Assembly (NCBI GenBank): GCA_015062395.1
Contig: SUUS01000002.1
Coordinates: 35,028 to 99,027, forward strand
Direction of reading: 5' to 3'
Origin: Alphaproteobacteria bacterium
GTDB taxonomy: Bacteria > Pseudomonadota > Alphaproteobacteria > CAAHEQ01 > UBA3637
DNA: 64,000 nt
Part shown: positions 9,050-18,962 of the stretch, piece after piece
Numbering within the stretch: the stretch's first letter is position 1
Layout of the letters: each line of letters begins with the position of its first letter
Notes under the pieces: model-generated
Told to the model about the DNA's origin: nothing
The model's input: the letters and a program-made list of their open reading frames with translations, nothing else
The model's database searches: none
Position numbers and translations under genes: made by a program

Positions 9050-10555
9050 TCAACTATTAATTGTATTTTTTTGCTTTTTATGAAAATAAAGACCAAAAGC
9101 AATAAACAATAGACTTAAAAATAACGGAATACAGTTTCCCAATCGTGCATATAGGGGAGGGGGTAATGGTTTGGGAAGTTTGCTGTCTAATACGCCTTGT
9201 GAATCAAGCGGTAATGAAGACATAATTTGTCCCCAAGGGTAAATAACAGCGCTGATTCCTGTTCCTGCAACTCTGACAATGGGTAAGCCTTCCTCAACAG
9301 CGCGCATTTGAGCGCTGGCTAAATGTTGATAAGGACCAGCTGAAACGCCATACCAACCATCGTTAGTTAAATTAATCAGCCATTGTGGGCGCAGTTTAAC
9401 GTCGTTGTTGTCCACAACTTGGTGTGGAAATATGATTTCATAGCAAACCAACATTCCTGCTGGAGGGGCATTTTGTATGCGTACTGTTTTAGGTCCCGTA
9501 CCTGCTTTTAAATCTGAAGCAATCGGAACTATCTTTTCAAAAGGAAGCAGTCCACGCAACGGAACGTATTCGCCAAAAGGAACCAGATGAGATTTATCGT
9601 AATAACTTTGGATTTCACCCAAATCATTGATGACAAAAATAGAGTTAGCAACTTGCTGTTTTTGTGTATCAGCCAAACGCATAGAACCTGTCACCAATAC
9701 AGAACCTTGATTTAATGCCATCATTGTCATGGCTCTGGCTTGGTTATCTATATCAAGCAAAAATGGTGATGCGCTTTCGGACCACAAAACATGGGTTATT
9801 TTTTCATGTCCTGCTTTTTTGGATAAGTTGATGTGTTTCATGAAATTTTCTTCGGCTTTGTCTTTATTCCATTTTAACGTTTGTTCTATGTTCGGTTGGA
9901 CTAATCGAAGGTTGATTCCCCAAACATATTCGGGTGTTATTTGGTATAAACGAAGTGCTCCCAATAAACAAATAACCACAAATGAAGTTATGGAAATAAC
10001 AGCTGTTTTATATTGTTTTTTTATCAGTAAAAAAGGCGTTGAAAACCAAAAAAGGCTAAATAAAGTTAATCCATAAACACCAAAAACAGAGGCTGATTGC
10101 AAAACAGGTAAAAACTTAACCCAGACAGAACCTGTTAAATTCCATGGAAATCCTGTAAAAATCCAACTACGTATCCATTCAAAGATTGTAAAAACACCAC
10201 AAAAAATAAGTATTTTTGAACTAATTGAATTGGCCAAAATACAAAATAAAGCAGGAAACGCAAAGAATAAACCAAAAAATAATCCAAAGCCCAGGGGGAT
10301 AAGGGGCGATAATTGAGCAAATGCTCCCGCGTCGATTAACAATGCGTTGATAAGCCATAACATAGAGCAAGCACCCAAACCCAATCCAAAAGAAAATCCA
10401 GCAAAAAAAAGTTGTTTTTTATTTTTGGCGTTGTTCAGATACATAAAAAATAACGGATATGTGACGAGCAGTATAAAGATATAAGAAGTTGGAACGAATG
10501 CTAAAGCAGATAGTCCCCCCAATAAAATCAATAAAAAGTGATCGTATTTTTTCAT
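9050..10555 (-). CDS. lnt: Apolipoprotein N-acyltransferase
   Basis: N-terminal multi-TM region followed by a CN-hydrolase domain. Catalytic E (VQPNIEQTLKW), K, C (MLVCYEIIFP). 501 aa. Confidence 0.85.
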   Translation of the reverse strand: MKKYDHFLLILLGGLSALAFVPTSYIFILLVTYPLFFMYLNNAKNKKQLFFAGFSFGLGLGACSMLWLINALLIDAGAFAQLSPLIPLGFGLFFGLFFAFPALFCILANSISSKILIFCGVFTIFEWIRSWIFTGFPWNLTGSVWVKFLPVLQSASVFGVYGLTLFSLFWFSTPFLLIKKQYKTAVISITSFVVICLLGALRLYQITPEYVWGINLRLVQPNIEQTLKWNKDKAEENFMKHINLSKKAGHEKITHVLWSESASPFLLDIDNQARAMTMMALNQGSVLVTGSMRLADTQKQQVANSIFVINDLGEIQSYYDKSHLVPFGEYVPLRGLLPFEKIVPIASDLKAGTGPKTVRIQNAPPAGMLVCYEIIFPHQVVDNNDVKLRPQWLINLTNDGWYGVSAGPYQHLASAQMRAVEEGLPIVRVAGTGISAVIYPWGQIMSSLPLDSQGVLDSKLPKPLPPPLYARLGNCIPLFLSLLFIAFGLYFHKKQKNTINS

Positions 10556-10618
10556 TTTTTGTCCTTTATTTTTGCTTTTATTATATATTTAAAAAAGTTT
10601 TTGACAACCCAAAAAGAG

Positions 10619-10647
10619 TTGAAATTTTTGTTTTTTTAAGATATAAT
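10619..10647 (+). promoter_or_regulatory. Near-consensus sigma70 promoter TTGAAA-17-TATAAT
   Basis: -35 at 10619-10624, 17-nt spacer, -10 at 10642-10647. Followed by an AAGGAG RBS and a TTG start at 10676. Confidence 0.45.
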
Positions 10648-10675
10648 AAAAAAGAAATTTTTAAGGAGATAAAAA

Positions 10676-11401
10676 TTGGATTTTTTTACAGACGCATCTT
10701 TTAATTCAGAAAAGAAAATGGCTGGTATTGGCTGTGTTTGTGTGGATAAAGCAAATGGCGAAGTGTCTCATCACAGTTCTTGTATAAAGGTCGAAAATAT
10801 ACAACTGGCTGAATTATGTGCTTTGATGTTTGGTGTGCAAAAGGCGCTTTTATCGGGTGCTAAAACAGTCCGAATCGTTTCCGATTCTATGGCGTCAATT
10901 AACATATTACATAAGTATATTAATTGTGTTGATGGTGCAAAATTATCTTCTGAACAAAAAAAATTCATTAAACATTTAGAACAAACGCCTATGCAAAAAG
11001 AAGTTCTTGATAAAATGATAGATGTATTTATAAATTCTTCTATTACGTTTCAGTTTGCGCATGTAAACGGTCACCAAGAAACAAGAGAAAGTGGTTCTGA
11101 TGCGTATTGGAATAAACGTGCTGACAGGGCGTCTAAAAAGGGACGAATTTTAGCGCAAACCCTTTTTGAACAAAGCGTTTTGCGAGGGGTGGAACAGTTT
11201 TTAGAAACTAACACAGACGAACAAACGGACGATTGGCGTGCCAGAATACAGGTTCCTTTTATCCAAAATAAGAAAAAAGATAAGATACAGCGTCCTAAAA
11301 AGGTTGTACATCATAGAAAAGAAAATCCAAAACGTACATCTAGATCCGAAGGGATTAATTTGCGAATTATTAACAAAGTTTATGTGGGTCGTGGTCGATA
11401 A
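10676..11401 (+). CDS. RNase H type 1 domain protein with ~90-aa basic C-terminal extension
   Basis: Ordered catalytic residues TDASF (D), AELCAL (E), VSDS (D), HVNGHQ, NKRADRAS (D). Lys/Arg-rich C-terminal tail. Apparent TTG start. Confidence 0.55.
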   Translation: MDFFTDASFNSEKKMAGIGCVCVDKANGEVSHHSSCIKVENIQLAELCALMFGVQKALLSGAKTVRIVSDSMASINILHKYINCVDGAKLSSEQKKFIKHLEQTPMQKEVLDKMIDVFINSSITFQFAHVNGHQETRESGSDAYWNKRADRASKKGRILAQTLFEQSVLRGVEQFLETNTDEQTDDWRARIQVPFIQNKKKDKIQRPKKVVHHRKENPKRTSRSEGINLRIINKVYVGRGR

Positions 11402-11464
11402 AAAAAGATGTTGACAAAATCAGAAAAATAGTGTATAAATTTTCGTCCAAAGGAGTTTATAATA

Positions 11465-12208
11465 ATGACTAATATACATTCAGAATATTATCGTGTTGCA
11501 AGTTATCAGTGCAATAATGAACGTAAATTAAAGTTGGAAAGTGTTTTGAATTTACTTCAAGATTCGCTGGAATGTTTTGCTCAAACTTACAATTTTGGTG
11601 TGGATTTTGGGCGAAAAAGTAATAAAGGATGGGTTATCCGAAATAATGATGTTAACATTTATGACTTGCCAACTTTTGATGATAGGCTTGTTATCGATAC
11701 ACAAATTAAAAACATGCATAAATCGATATTGGAATTTTCTTCTGATGCTTACATGGTGGGTAATCGTAAAAAGAAATTATTTTCTTCTGTCAGTCAAACA
11801 GTTTTGATTGATATGTCAACGTTAAGACCTGTCAGAATCAAGGAAAATGTCCCTCATATTCCATCGGAAGAAAATGCAGTAAAAACACCTGTATTACCTA
11901 TTACGCCTTTGTCTCGTGTGGATCAGGAATTGGATAAGCCTGTTATGTGGGATTATATTGATTTTAATCAGCATGTCAATAATGCGGCTTATGTTGTTTT
12001 TGCACGTCAAACTTTGCCCAGTTCTTTTTATCAACAAAATGATTTGGTCAAAGTAAAGGTTGCTTATAAAGCTCCTGCAACATTGGGCGATACGATGGTT
12101 GTTCAAACACAAAGAGAAGGTTTGGAAAGTATTCATCGTATTGTATCTAAATCGGATAAGACAAAAGAGTTTGCTCGATTGCAAATGTTTTGGCGTGAAC
12201 GCGAATAG
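11465..12208 (+). CDS. Acyl-ACP thioesterase (FatA/FatB-type double hot-dog)
   Basis: N-terminal hot-dog YYRVASYQCNNERKLKLESVLNLLQD. C-terminal hot-dog motif DYIDFNQHVNNAAYV matches the D.NQHVNN.KY signature of acyl-ACP TEs. 247 aa. Confidence 0.65.
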   Translation: MTNIHSEYYRVASYQCNNERKLKLESVLNLLQDSLECFAQTYNFGVDFGRKSNKGWVIRNNDVNIYDLPTFDDRLVIDTQIKNMHKSILEFSSDAYMVGNRKKKLFSSVSQTVLIDMSTLRPVRIKENVPHIPSEENAVKTPVLPITPLSRVDQELDKPVMWDYIDFNQHVNNAAYVVFARQTLPSSFYQQNDLVKVKVAYKAPATLGDTMVVQTQREGLESIHRIVSKSDKTKEFARLQMFWRERE

Positions 12209-12264
12209 TTATAATAAAAATACTTGCATTTGAAAAAAGAATCGAGTATAACTGTTTTCGTTAT

Positions 12265-12323
<59 letters not shown>

Positions 12324-12340
<17 letters not shown>

Positions 12341-12836
12341 AAAAAACCGTCCGAAAGGGCGGCTTTTTTGTATGTGTGCGTAAGGCGAAGAACTCGAAAG
12401 AGGGCGTGGCTTGAAAATCTTCCAAGAAGGACGATTTTCAAACGCAAGCCCAATGATACCTTATGTTTGATAGACCATGGCAATGGTCGCATCAAACATT
12501 AGTTTCCATTGCACGAAATTTTTCTGAAAGAAAAATGTGCCTCCACGCGCCTACCAAAAAAACCGTCCGAAAGGGCGGCTTTTTTGTATGTGTGCGTAAG
12601 GCGAAGAACTCGAAAGAGGGCGTGGCTTGAAAATCTTCCAAGAAGGACGATTTTCAAACGCAAGCCCAATGATACCTTATGTTTGATAGACCATGGCAAT
12701 GGTCGCATCAAACATTAGTTTCCATTGCACGAAATTTTTCTGAAAGAAAAATGTGCCTCCACGCGCCTACCAAAAAACCGTCCAGAAGGGCGGCTTTTTG
12801 TATGTGTGCGTAAGGCGAAGAACTCGAAAGAGGGCG
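12324..12836 (+). repeat. Tandem 216-bp direct repeats (2 full + 81-bp partial), each starting with the last 17 nt of tRNA-Lys (att-like)
   Basis: Unit = cctccacgcgcctacca + terminator hairpin ccgtccgaaagggcgg + about 175 bp. Copies start at 12324, 12540 and 12756 and are near-identical. The third copy diverges after 12836. Confidence 0.85.
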
Positions 12837-12952
12837 CAAATCCAAAAAACGTCTTAAAAAATAAAAATTAAATACAATTTTTCTTGATAAAAAAATCTTT
12901 TTTTGCTTGCAAAAATGTTTCTTTTATGATATTATGACAAAATGCTTGACAA

Positions 12953-13975
12953 ATGGGAAAGGGAAAAACAATGTCATCAAAACAAAAAACATCTCAAAAA
13001 ATTTGGAATTTAACATCTGAACAACGTACTCATTTAACAGAAATGTTAAAAACAGCAGGATTTGTAGAACCAGCTACGATTAATAAAATGATTGAACGCA
13101 TTCGTACTTCAAAAACAGATGTTGGCCAAGCAATTATGACACGTTGGTTAAATAATCGTTCTGAAAACGGAATGAAAAAATGGATGGATAATCTTTTGTT
13201 TCGTTTACGTCATACAGAAATGACGCGTGAAAAATTAATAGATGTATTATCAAAACAGCCGACTTTGTTTTTCAGCAAACCAGAAACTTTATATGAAAAT
13301 GGAAAAACATTACAAGATAATTTAAAGCAAAAAGGGATTGAATTATCAGATAAAATTATTTTTAATTCTCAAATGTTTGGAACGGGTATTTTAGCACGTT
13401 CTCCAGATACGATTGCTAAAAACATTGAAAATTTAGTCAAAATTTTTGAAAAAAGAGGTGTCAATTTAAATCATGACGATTTTATTGAGCGTGTTTTAAA
13501 AGAACGCAACCAGTTGTTGATGCAAAAAGATGCAACTTTGGCGTCTAATATCGATACTTTGGCACGCGTATTGGCAGGGGCTGGTTATCCAATAACAATC
13601 CCCCAATATGCAAAGGCTTGTAGCAGCCAGTTGAGTTTGATATATAGAAAGCCTCAAACAATCGCAGCGAATTTTTCACGCGTATATGAATTTCTTGAAA
13701 ATGAACATTGTCGTTTAGCGTGTGATCCGAAAAAAGATATTAAAACGCCTGAAACGATGGTTACAAAAATTTTAGCAGATCCTGCTCAAATCGGATTGAG
13801 CGAGGATAATTGGAAAACACGTTGGTTATTGGCTTGTCAAATGCGAGAAAGCAATGGAAAAATTCCAAGTTATACACAAATTATGGGCGTGAAAAAGCCT
13901 GAAGTCGTTCGTCGTTTAACTGGATATCGTTGTCCTTTGATGCGTGCGCTTGATAACATAAAACAACGAGATTAA
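12953..13975 (+). CDS. Hypothetical protein (340 aa), orphan accessory gene
   Basis: Own promoter-like TTGCAA-17-TATTAT upstream and a strong terminator downstream. Alpha-helical. No recognisable catalytic motif. Confidence 0.4.
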   Translation: MGKGKTMSSKQKTSQKIWNLTSEQRTHLTEMLKTAGFVEPATINKMIERIRTSKTDVGQAIMTRWLNNRSENGMKKWMDNLLFRLRHTEMTREKLIDVLSKQPTLFFSKPETLYENGKTLQDNLKQKGIELSDKIIFNSQMFGTGILARSPDTIAKNIENLVKIFEKRGVNLNHDDFIERVLKERNQLLMQKDATLASNIDTLARVLAGAGYPITIPQYAKACSSQLSLIYRKPQTIAANFSRVYEFLENEHCRLACDPKKDIKTPETMVTKILADPAQIGLSEDNWKTRWLLACQMRESNGKIPSYTQIMGVKKPEVVRRLTGYRCPLMRALDNIKQRD

Positions 13976-13983
13976 AAATAAAA

Positions 13984-14009
13984 AGCCTCTTTTTTTAAGA
14001 GGCTTTTTT
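13984..14009 (+). terminator. Rho-independent terminator
   Basis: Stem agcctct/agaggct with loop ttttttta, followed by a T5 run. Confidence 0.55.
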
Positions 14010-14062
14010 CTTGACTTCTTTTATTCTTTTCGATAAGCTCGTTTTAAAAAAGGAGTTTTATT

Positions 14063-14545
14063 ATGAAAAAGAAAATATCTTATTTTATTGCATCTATGTT
14101 TGGGGGTGGTTTTTTCCCTGTCGCCAGTGGAACTGCAGGTTCGTTAGCAACTGTTCCCGTTGCTGTTTGTTTGGCGTATTGGGGTGGATTTAAAGCTGTT
14201 TTATTGGCAAGTATTTTGATTTATTTTTTTGGTGTTTTGGCAACAAAAGAAGTTTTAAAACATACTTCACACGATCCATCTTTGGTTGTGATTGATGAAA
14301 CAGTTGGACAGTTGTTAAGCTTTTTATTTGTTTCACCATTTCTTTATCAGTCGCTGGGCTGTCAAAGCGTTATTTTATACGTTTGTGGATTTGCTTTATT
14401 CAGATTATTCGATATTACAAAACCATCTTTGGTAGGATGGGCCGATGAAAAAATACACAACGCACATGGTGTGATGTTAGATGATGTTTTTGCTGGTCTT
14501 TTTGCTGGTGTGATATTATTTTTAATCGCTTGGATGATTTGTTAA
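14063..14545 (+). CDS. pgpA: Phosphatidylglycerophosphatase A
   Basis: GTAGSL motif, VIDETVGQ, and the C-terminal LFRLFDITKP...GVMLDDV signature of PgpA. 160 aa. Confidence 0.75.
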   Translation: MKKKISYFIASMFGGGFFPVASGTAGSLATVPVAVCLAYWGGFKAVLLASILIYFFGVLATKEVLKHTSHDPSLVVIDETVGQLLSFLFVSPFLYQSLGCQSVILYVCGFALFRLFDITKPSLVGWADEKIHNAHGVMLDDVFAGLFAGVILFLIAWMIC

Positions 14546-14547
14546 AA

Positions 14548-14570
14548 AAAGCCCTCTTCAAAGGGCTTTT
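14548..14570. terminator. Bidirectional terminator between pgpA and fprA
   Basis: Stem aaagccct/agggcttt with loop cttcaa. Confidence 0.5.
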
Positions 14571-14573
14571 AAA

Positions 14574-15773
14574 CTACATACTTTTTACAATTTCATCGGC
14601 CAGTTTATCAAGCTGATTTTCATCAGTGCTTTTCATTGCAGACTTGATATGAATTTCTGGTTCAATATAAGTGATATTTTTTAAATCTGCTAAAATGGAT
14701 TTCATTGCGTTTATTGCCGTTGGCGCCCAAGAACCATTTTCCATTAATGCAATCGTTCGATTGCACAATGCATGGGCTTTTATATCCAATAAGACGGTTT
14801 CCATTGCTGGAAATAATCCTGCATTATAAGATGAGGCGGCAAAAACCAAATGCGATGCTCTGAAAGATTCGGAAACAATCCAAGAAGGATGCGTAGATGA
14901 AACATCGTAAACTTTTATATTTTTAATGCCTCTTTGTGCTAATTTAAATGCCAAAGCATTTGCTGCTTGTTCTGTAAAACCGTAAATCGATGCATAGCTG
15001 ATGACAACAGACTTATCTTCAGGTGTGTATGTGCTCCATTTTTGATATTTGTCAATAAACCAAGATAAATTTTGACGCCAAATCAATCCGTGTAAAGGAC
15101 AAATCATCTGAATGTCCAAACCAGATGCTTTTTTTAAAACGGCTTGAACGGGTATGCCGTATTTGCCAACAATGTTTGCGTAATAACGTCTGGCATCATC
15201 CAACCATTGGTTTGGATAATCAACTTCGTCAGCATATAAATTGCCATCAATTGCATTAAACGAACCAAAAGCATCAGCAGAAAATAAAATTTTATCTGTC
15301 GTATCGTATGTCATCATGACTTCGGGCCAATGAACCATCGGTGCCATTATAAAAGAAAGGGTGTGTTTTCCTGTGTTCAGTGTATCACCTTCTTTGACTA
15401 ATAAAACACGACCCTCAAGATTGATGTCAAAAAACTGTCCTATCATGGTTAATGTTTTTTGATTACAGACAAGTGTTGCTGTTTTGTATTTATCCATAAT
15501 ATCGCTGATTAATGCACAGTGATCTGGTTCCATATGTTGAACAACTAAATAATCTAAACTGCGACCATTTAATGTGGCAGAAACATTTTCTAAAAATTCT
15601 TTTTGTACGCTGGCATCAGCTGTGTCCATTAAAACAGTTTTTTCATCTAATAAAATGTAAGAATTATATGAAACGCCTTTTGGAATAGGATAGATGTTTT
15701 CGAACAAATTTAAACGACGATTATTTGCGCCTACATAAGTCCAATCTTGATTGATTTTTTGAATGTTTTGCAT
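14574..15773 (-). CDS. Flavodiiron protein (FprA-type; metallo-beta-lactamase-like + flavodoxin domains)
   Basis: Di-iron ligand motif HMEPDH. C-terminal flavodoxin-like VVISYASIYGFTEQAA. 399 aa. Confidence 0.7.
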   Translation of the reverse strand: MQNIQKINQDWTYVGANNRRLNLFENIYPIPKGVSYNSYILLDEKTVLMDTADASVQKEFLENVSATLNGRSLDYLVVQHMEPDHCALISDIMDKYKTATLVCNQKTLTMIGQFFDINLEGRVLLVKEGDTLNTGKHTLSFIMAPMVHWPEVMMTYDTTDKILFSADAFGSFNAIDGNLYADEVDYPNQWLDDARRYYANIVGKYGIPVQAVLKKASGLDIQMICPLHGLIWRQNLSWFIDKYQKWSTYTPEDKSVVISYASIYGFTEQAANALAFKLAQRGIKNIKVYDVSSTHPSWIVSESFRASHLVFAASSYNAGLFPAMETVLLDIKAHALCNRTIALMENGSWAPTAINAMKSILADLKNITYIEPEIHIKSAMKSTDENQLDKLADEIVKSM

Positions 15774-15789
15774 GTTTTTTTCCTTTTAA

Positions 15790-16806
15790 CTATGTGATAC
15801 AATTTTGTGGTTTATTATCTATAAAACAGCGTATATTGTCAATGGTGGTTTTTAAAATTTTATCGATAGCGTCTGTTGAATTAAAGGCAATATGTGGTGT
15901 GATTAATGTATTATTCAACTGAAGCATTTTGAAATTGATAATAGAATCTAATAAAAATTCATTTGATTTTTTTTCCATGTCAGTTGAAATTTCTCGTTCA
16001 GTAATGACGTCTTCATTTTCAAGAACATCTAAAGCAGCTCCAGCGACTTTTCCAGATTTTAATGCATGGTATAAGCTTTCTGTGTCTATCAAAGAACCTC
16101 TTGCAGTGTTGATGATGTAAACGCCTTTTTTCATTTTTTCAAACGCATCGCTGTTGAGTAAGTGAAAATTTTGTTCATTTGCAGGGCAATGTAAGGAAAT
16201 AATATCTGATTTTTGATACAGTTCATTTAAAGACATGGTAAATGAAAATTCATGTTTTGAACTTTTTTGTCGCATGTAAGGATCAAAGCAAATAATGTGG
16301 GCATCGAAAGCCGTTAGTAAATGAATGACCGAACGACCAATCGCTCCACATCCGATAATGCCGACGGTTTTTCCTTTGATACTTTCGCCCAGATATTCAT
16401 TCATATTGACATTATTTGTTTTCATGTGAGATTTAGACAAATAAATTTTTCTTAAAAGACCTAACATTAACGCAATCGTAAATTCAGCAACACTTGTTGA
16501 ACCATAGTTTGGAACATTACAAACCAGAATGTTTTTGGATTTGCAATAATCAAGGTCTATGTGGTTAAATCCAGTCGAACGTGTTGCAATCATTTTTAAG
16601 TTAGAAAATTTATCTAACACATTATTGGGAATAGGTTGAGCATGTGCAAAAACTGAAATAATTTCAAAAACTTCAGGATTAACGATTTTTTCGATGTTTT
16701 GCGAATTTAATTCAAAGTCAACAGTGTGATAGCTTAAATTTTTGGGAAAGTATTGCTGTAAAAAATTTTTACTGATTGTATCGCAATCAAAAAATAATAT
16801 ATTCAT
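15790..16806 (-). CDS. D-isomer-specific 2-hydroxyacid dehydrogenase (NAD-binding)
   Basis: GIIGCGAIGRSV Rossmann motif and the catalytic R/E/H arrangement of the D-2-hydroxyacid dehydrogenase family. Confidence 0.75.
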   Translation of the reverse strand: MNILFFDCDTISKNFLQQYFPKNLSYHTVDFELNSQNIEKIVNPEVFEIISVFAHAQPIPNNVLDKFSNLKMIATRSTGFNHIDLDYCKSKNILVCNVPNYGSTSVAEFTIALMLGLLRKIYLSKSHMKTNNVNMNEYLGESIKGKTVGIIGCGAIGRSVIHLLTAFDAHIICFDPYMRQKSSKHEFSFTMSLNELYQKSDIISLHCPANEQNFHLLNSDAFEKMKKGVYIINTARGSLIDTESLYHALKSGKVAGAALDVLENEDVITEREISTDMEKKSNEFLLDSIINFKMLQLNNTLITPHIAFNSTDAIDKILKTTIDNIRCFIDNKPQNCIT

Positions 16807-16830
16807 TTCAAATAACCTCCTATAAGGAAG

Positions 16831-17676
16831 TTATTTAGTTTTTCGGCATTCTTTTTTCAAGTTTTCAATTTTTGCATCTAACTTTATTTTATCCAAAATT
16901 GTTTGGACAATTTGTTCCATAGAAGAGCCTTCTGAATAATCGGCAAGCGTCATAAAATTGACTCTGCCTTCTTTGAATAAACGTCTTGCAGCCTTTTTAC
17001 TTTCCAAATTTTCATTATTGTAAACGGCAATAGAATGTCCATGTTCTTTTTTGACCAAGCGCATACAGGGTACGTCAGTGATTCCATCGCCAACATAAAT
17101 CATACAAGATAGTGGAATATGGCGTTTTTCATCTGGAACAAAAGCATTTATTTCTGGGTCATTTATACCCAAACAACCTTTGTTAATTCTGAACAGATAT
17201 TGTGTTTTTGTTGTATAATTTAACGCCATTGCAGGCCATACAGCATTTCCTTTTTCGTCGTACATAAAAGAGGATGCATAAATGTGTTTAAATTTTTTAG
17301 CTATTGGATGTCCTAAAATCATTTCACGCAAGCCCGAGGAAATAATATAATGTTCAATTTTGATGCCGTTTTTCTTGCCGTAATCATTGATTCTGTCAAA
17401 CCAAGTATCAACGCCATTATACAGAGGTAAATTCTTTCCATAGTCTTTAAAATCTTGACGTGTGAAGGGCAGATTTTTTTTGACAGATTCTTCTATCATC
17501 AAACGCATGTAAGCCAAAACACCATCAGCATTTGTTTCTTCCATTAAAGCGCGAGACCGTCTCCAAAAAGTTTGAGAGTTTACACCAATTTTATGCATGA
17601 AATCATATTCTTGCATGTTTCCAGGGGACAGCGTACCATCAAAGTCATAACAAATAGCAACTTTTATTTTTTTCAC
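16831..17676 (-). CDS. HAD-superfamily hydrolase
   Basis: Motif I DFDGTL at the N-terminus; motif IV VGDGITD. Confidence 0.6.
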   Translation of the reverse strand: MKKIKVAICYDFDGTLSPGNMQEYDFMHKIGVNSQTFWRRSRALMEETNADGVLAYMRLMIEESVKKNLPFTRQDFKDYGKNLPLYNGVDTWFDRINDYGKKNGIKIEHYIISSGLREMILGHPIAKKFKHIYASSFMYDEKGNAVWPAMALNYTTKTQYLFRINKGCLGINDPEINAFVPDEKRHIPLSCMIYVGDGITDVPCMRLVKKEHGHSIAVYNNENLESKKAARRLFKEGRVNFMTLADYSEGSSMEQIVQTILDKIKLDAKIENLKKECRKTK

Positions 17677-17678
17677 GA

Positions 17679-18023
17679 TTATTTTATTTCCTCAAAATCT
17701 ACATCAATAATTTTATCATCGGATACTTTTTTTGTTTTTTCTTTGTTAAAATGAGGCGGTTGATTTTGTTTAAGTAAATCATTCCAAATCTTTTTGATTC
17801 GATAAATTCGGTAAAGTGCGAATGTAATTCCAACTAAAAAGACTGGTAAAAGTAGCCACCAAAGCCAAAAAAGCAGGTAAAAGAGGAACAGCGTAAATAA
17901 AATACTGGTAAAATATGTGATAAATTTTTGCATTTTAATCCTTTTCTTGTTTTTTATTTCAAATACATAGGTATGTATTTTATTTTTTTCAAGGTAAAAG
18001 AAACTCATCCTCTTTTTTTTCAC
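17679..18023 (-). CDS. Small membrane protein, hypothetical
   Basis: Trp-rich TM segment LFYLLFWLWWLLLPVFLVGI. Start codon uncertain. Confidence 0.3.
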   Translation of the reverse strand: MKKKRMSFFYLEKNKIHTYVFEIKNKKRIKMQKFITYFTSILFTLFLFYLLFWLWWLLLPVFLVGITFALYRIYRIKKIWNDLLKQNQPPHFNKEKTKKVSDDKIIDVDFEEIK

Positions 18024-18317
18024 TATAAATTAAATTAAAATAAACTGCAATTATTTTTATCAATTTTTGTGTGTGTCAATATAACCAGATATGTGCTCTT
18101 CTTGTTTATTTTTTCAGTTCCGATAAAAATAATAAAAAAAGGACGGACACAATGAATAAAGATAATTTTTTTCGGTTGATTTTTAGTTTAATTGCTTTTT
18201 GGTATATTTTAGGATGAAAGTAATCTGTGAAAGTTTTAAGTAATTTTCGATGATTTATTAAAAAGAGTTTTTCTTTTAGTCTTTTCGTGATATACTTGTT
18301 TTCGAAAGGATGTTAAA

Positions 18318-18962
18318 ATGGTAAAAATTGCACCCAGTATTTTATCTGCAAACTTTGCTTGTTTAGGGCAAGAAGTTTCTGAAATTTGTCAACAAGGAGC
18401 TGATTTTGTCCATTTCGATGTGATGGATGGACATTTCGTTTCGAATTTAAGTTTTGGTCCGATGGTTTTAAAATCTGTCAAACCATACATAACGGTTCCT
18501 GTAGATGTGCATTTAATGATGACTAATCCAGAAAAATATATCGAGGCGTTTATCGCAGCTGGAGCTAATCGTTTGACTATTCATCAAGAAATAGATGAGG
18601 ATGTCACATCTTTACTCCAACAAATTAGAGCATTGGGTGCGAAAGCTGGTTTATGTATAAAACCATCAACAGAAGCTGAAAAGATAATTCCTTATTTGGA
18701 TTTTTTGGATTTAGTTTTAATCATGACTGTTGAGCCTGGTTTCGGAGGTCAGGCATTTATGGAAGATAAGTTATCTAAAATTACTCAAGTCAAAGAATTA
18801 ATCGGAACACGTAATATCGATATTGAAGTAGATGGTGGTATTAATTTACAAACAGCGCCAGCCGTTGTTCATGCTGGGGCAGATGTTTTAATCGCTGGAA
18901 ATTATATTTTTAAAGCTCAAGACAGAAAAGAAGCGATTCAGTTATTAAAGGAAATCAAATAA
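18318..18962 (+). CDS. rpe: Ribulose-phosphate 3-epimerase
   Basis: IAPSILSANF...HFDVMDGHFV...MTVEPGFGGQ motifs. 214 aa. Confidence 0.9.
   Translation: MVKIAPSILSANFACLGQEVSEICQQGADFVHFDVMDGHFVSNLSFGPMVLKSVKPYITVPVDVHLMMTNPEKYIEAFIAAGANRLTIHQEIDEDVTSLLQQIRALGAKAGLCIKPSTEAEKIIPYLDFLDLVLIMTVEPGFGGQAFMEDKLSKITQVKELIGTRNIDIEVDGGINLQTAPAVVHAGADVLIAGNYIFKAQDRKEAIQLLKEIK

Noticed and set aside
9729-10076. 115-aa plus-strand ORF inside lnt
   Set aside because: It is antisense to lnt, whose catalytic motifs validate the minus-strand frame.
14011-14193. 60-aa ORF overlapping the pgpA start
   Set aside because: Out-of-frame overlap with pgpA, whose start has a good RBS. Cys/Trp-rich composition typical of a spurious ORF.
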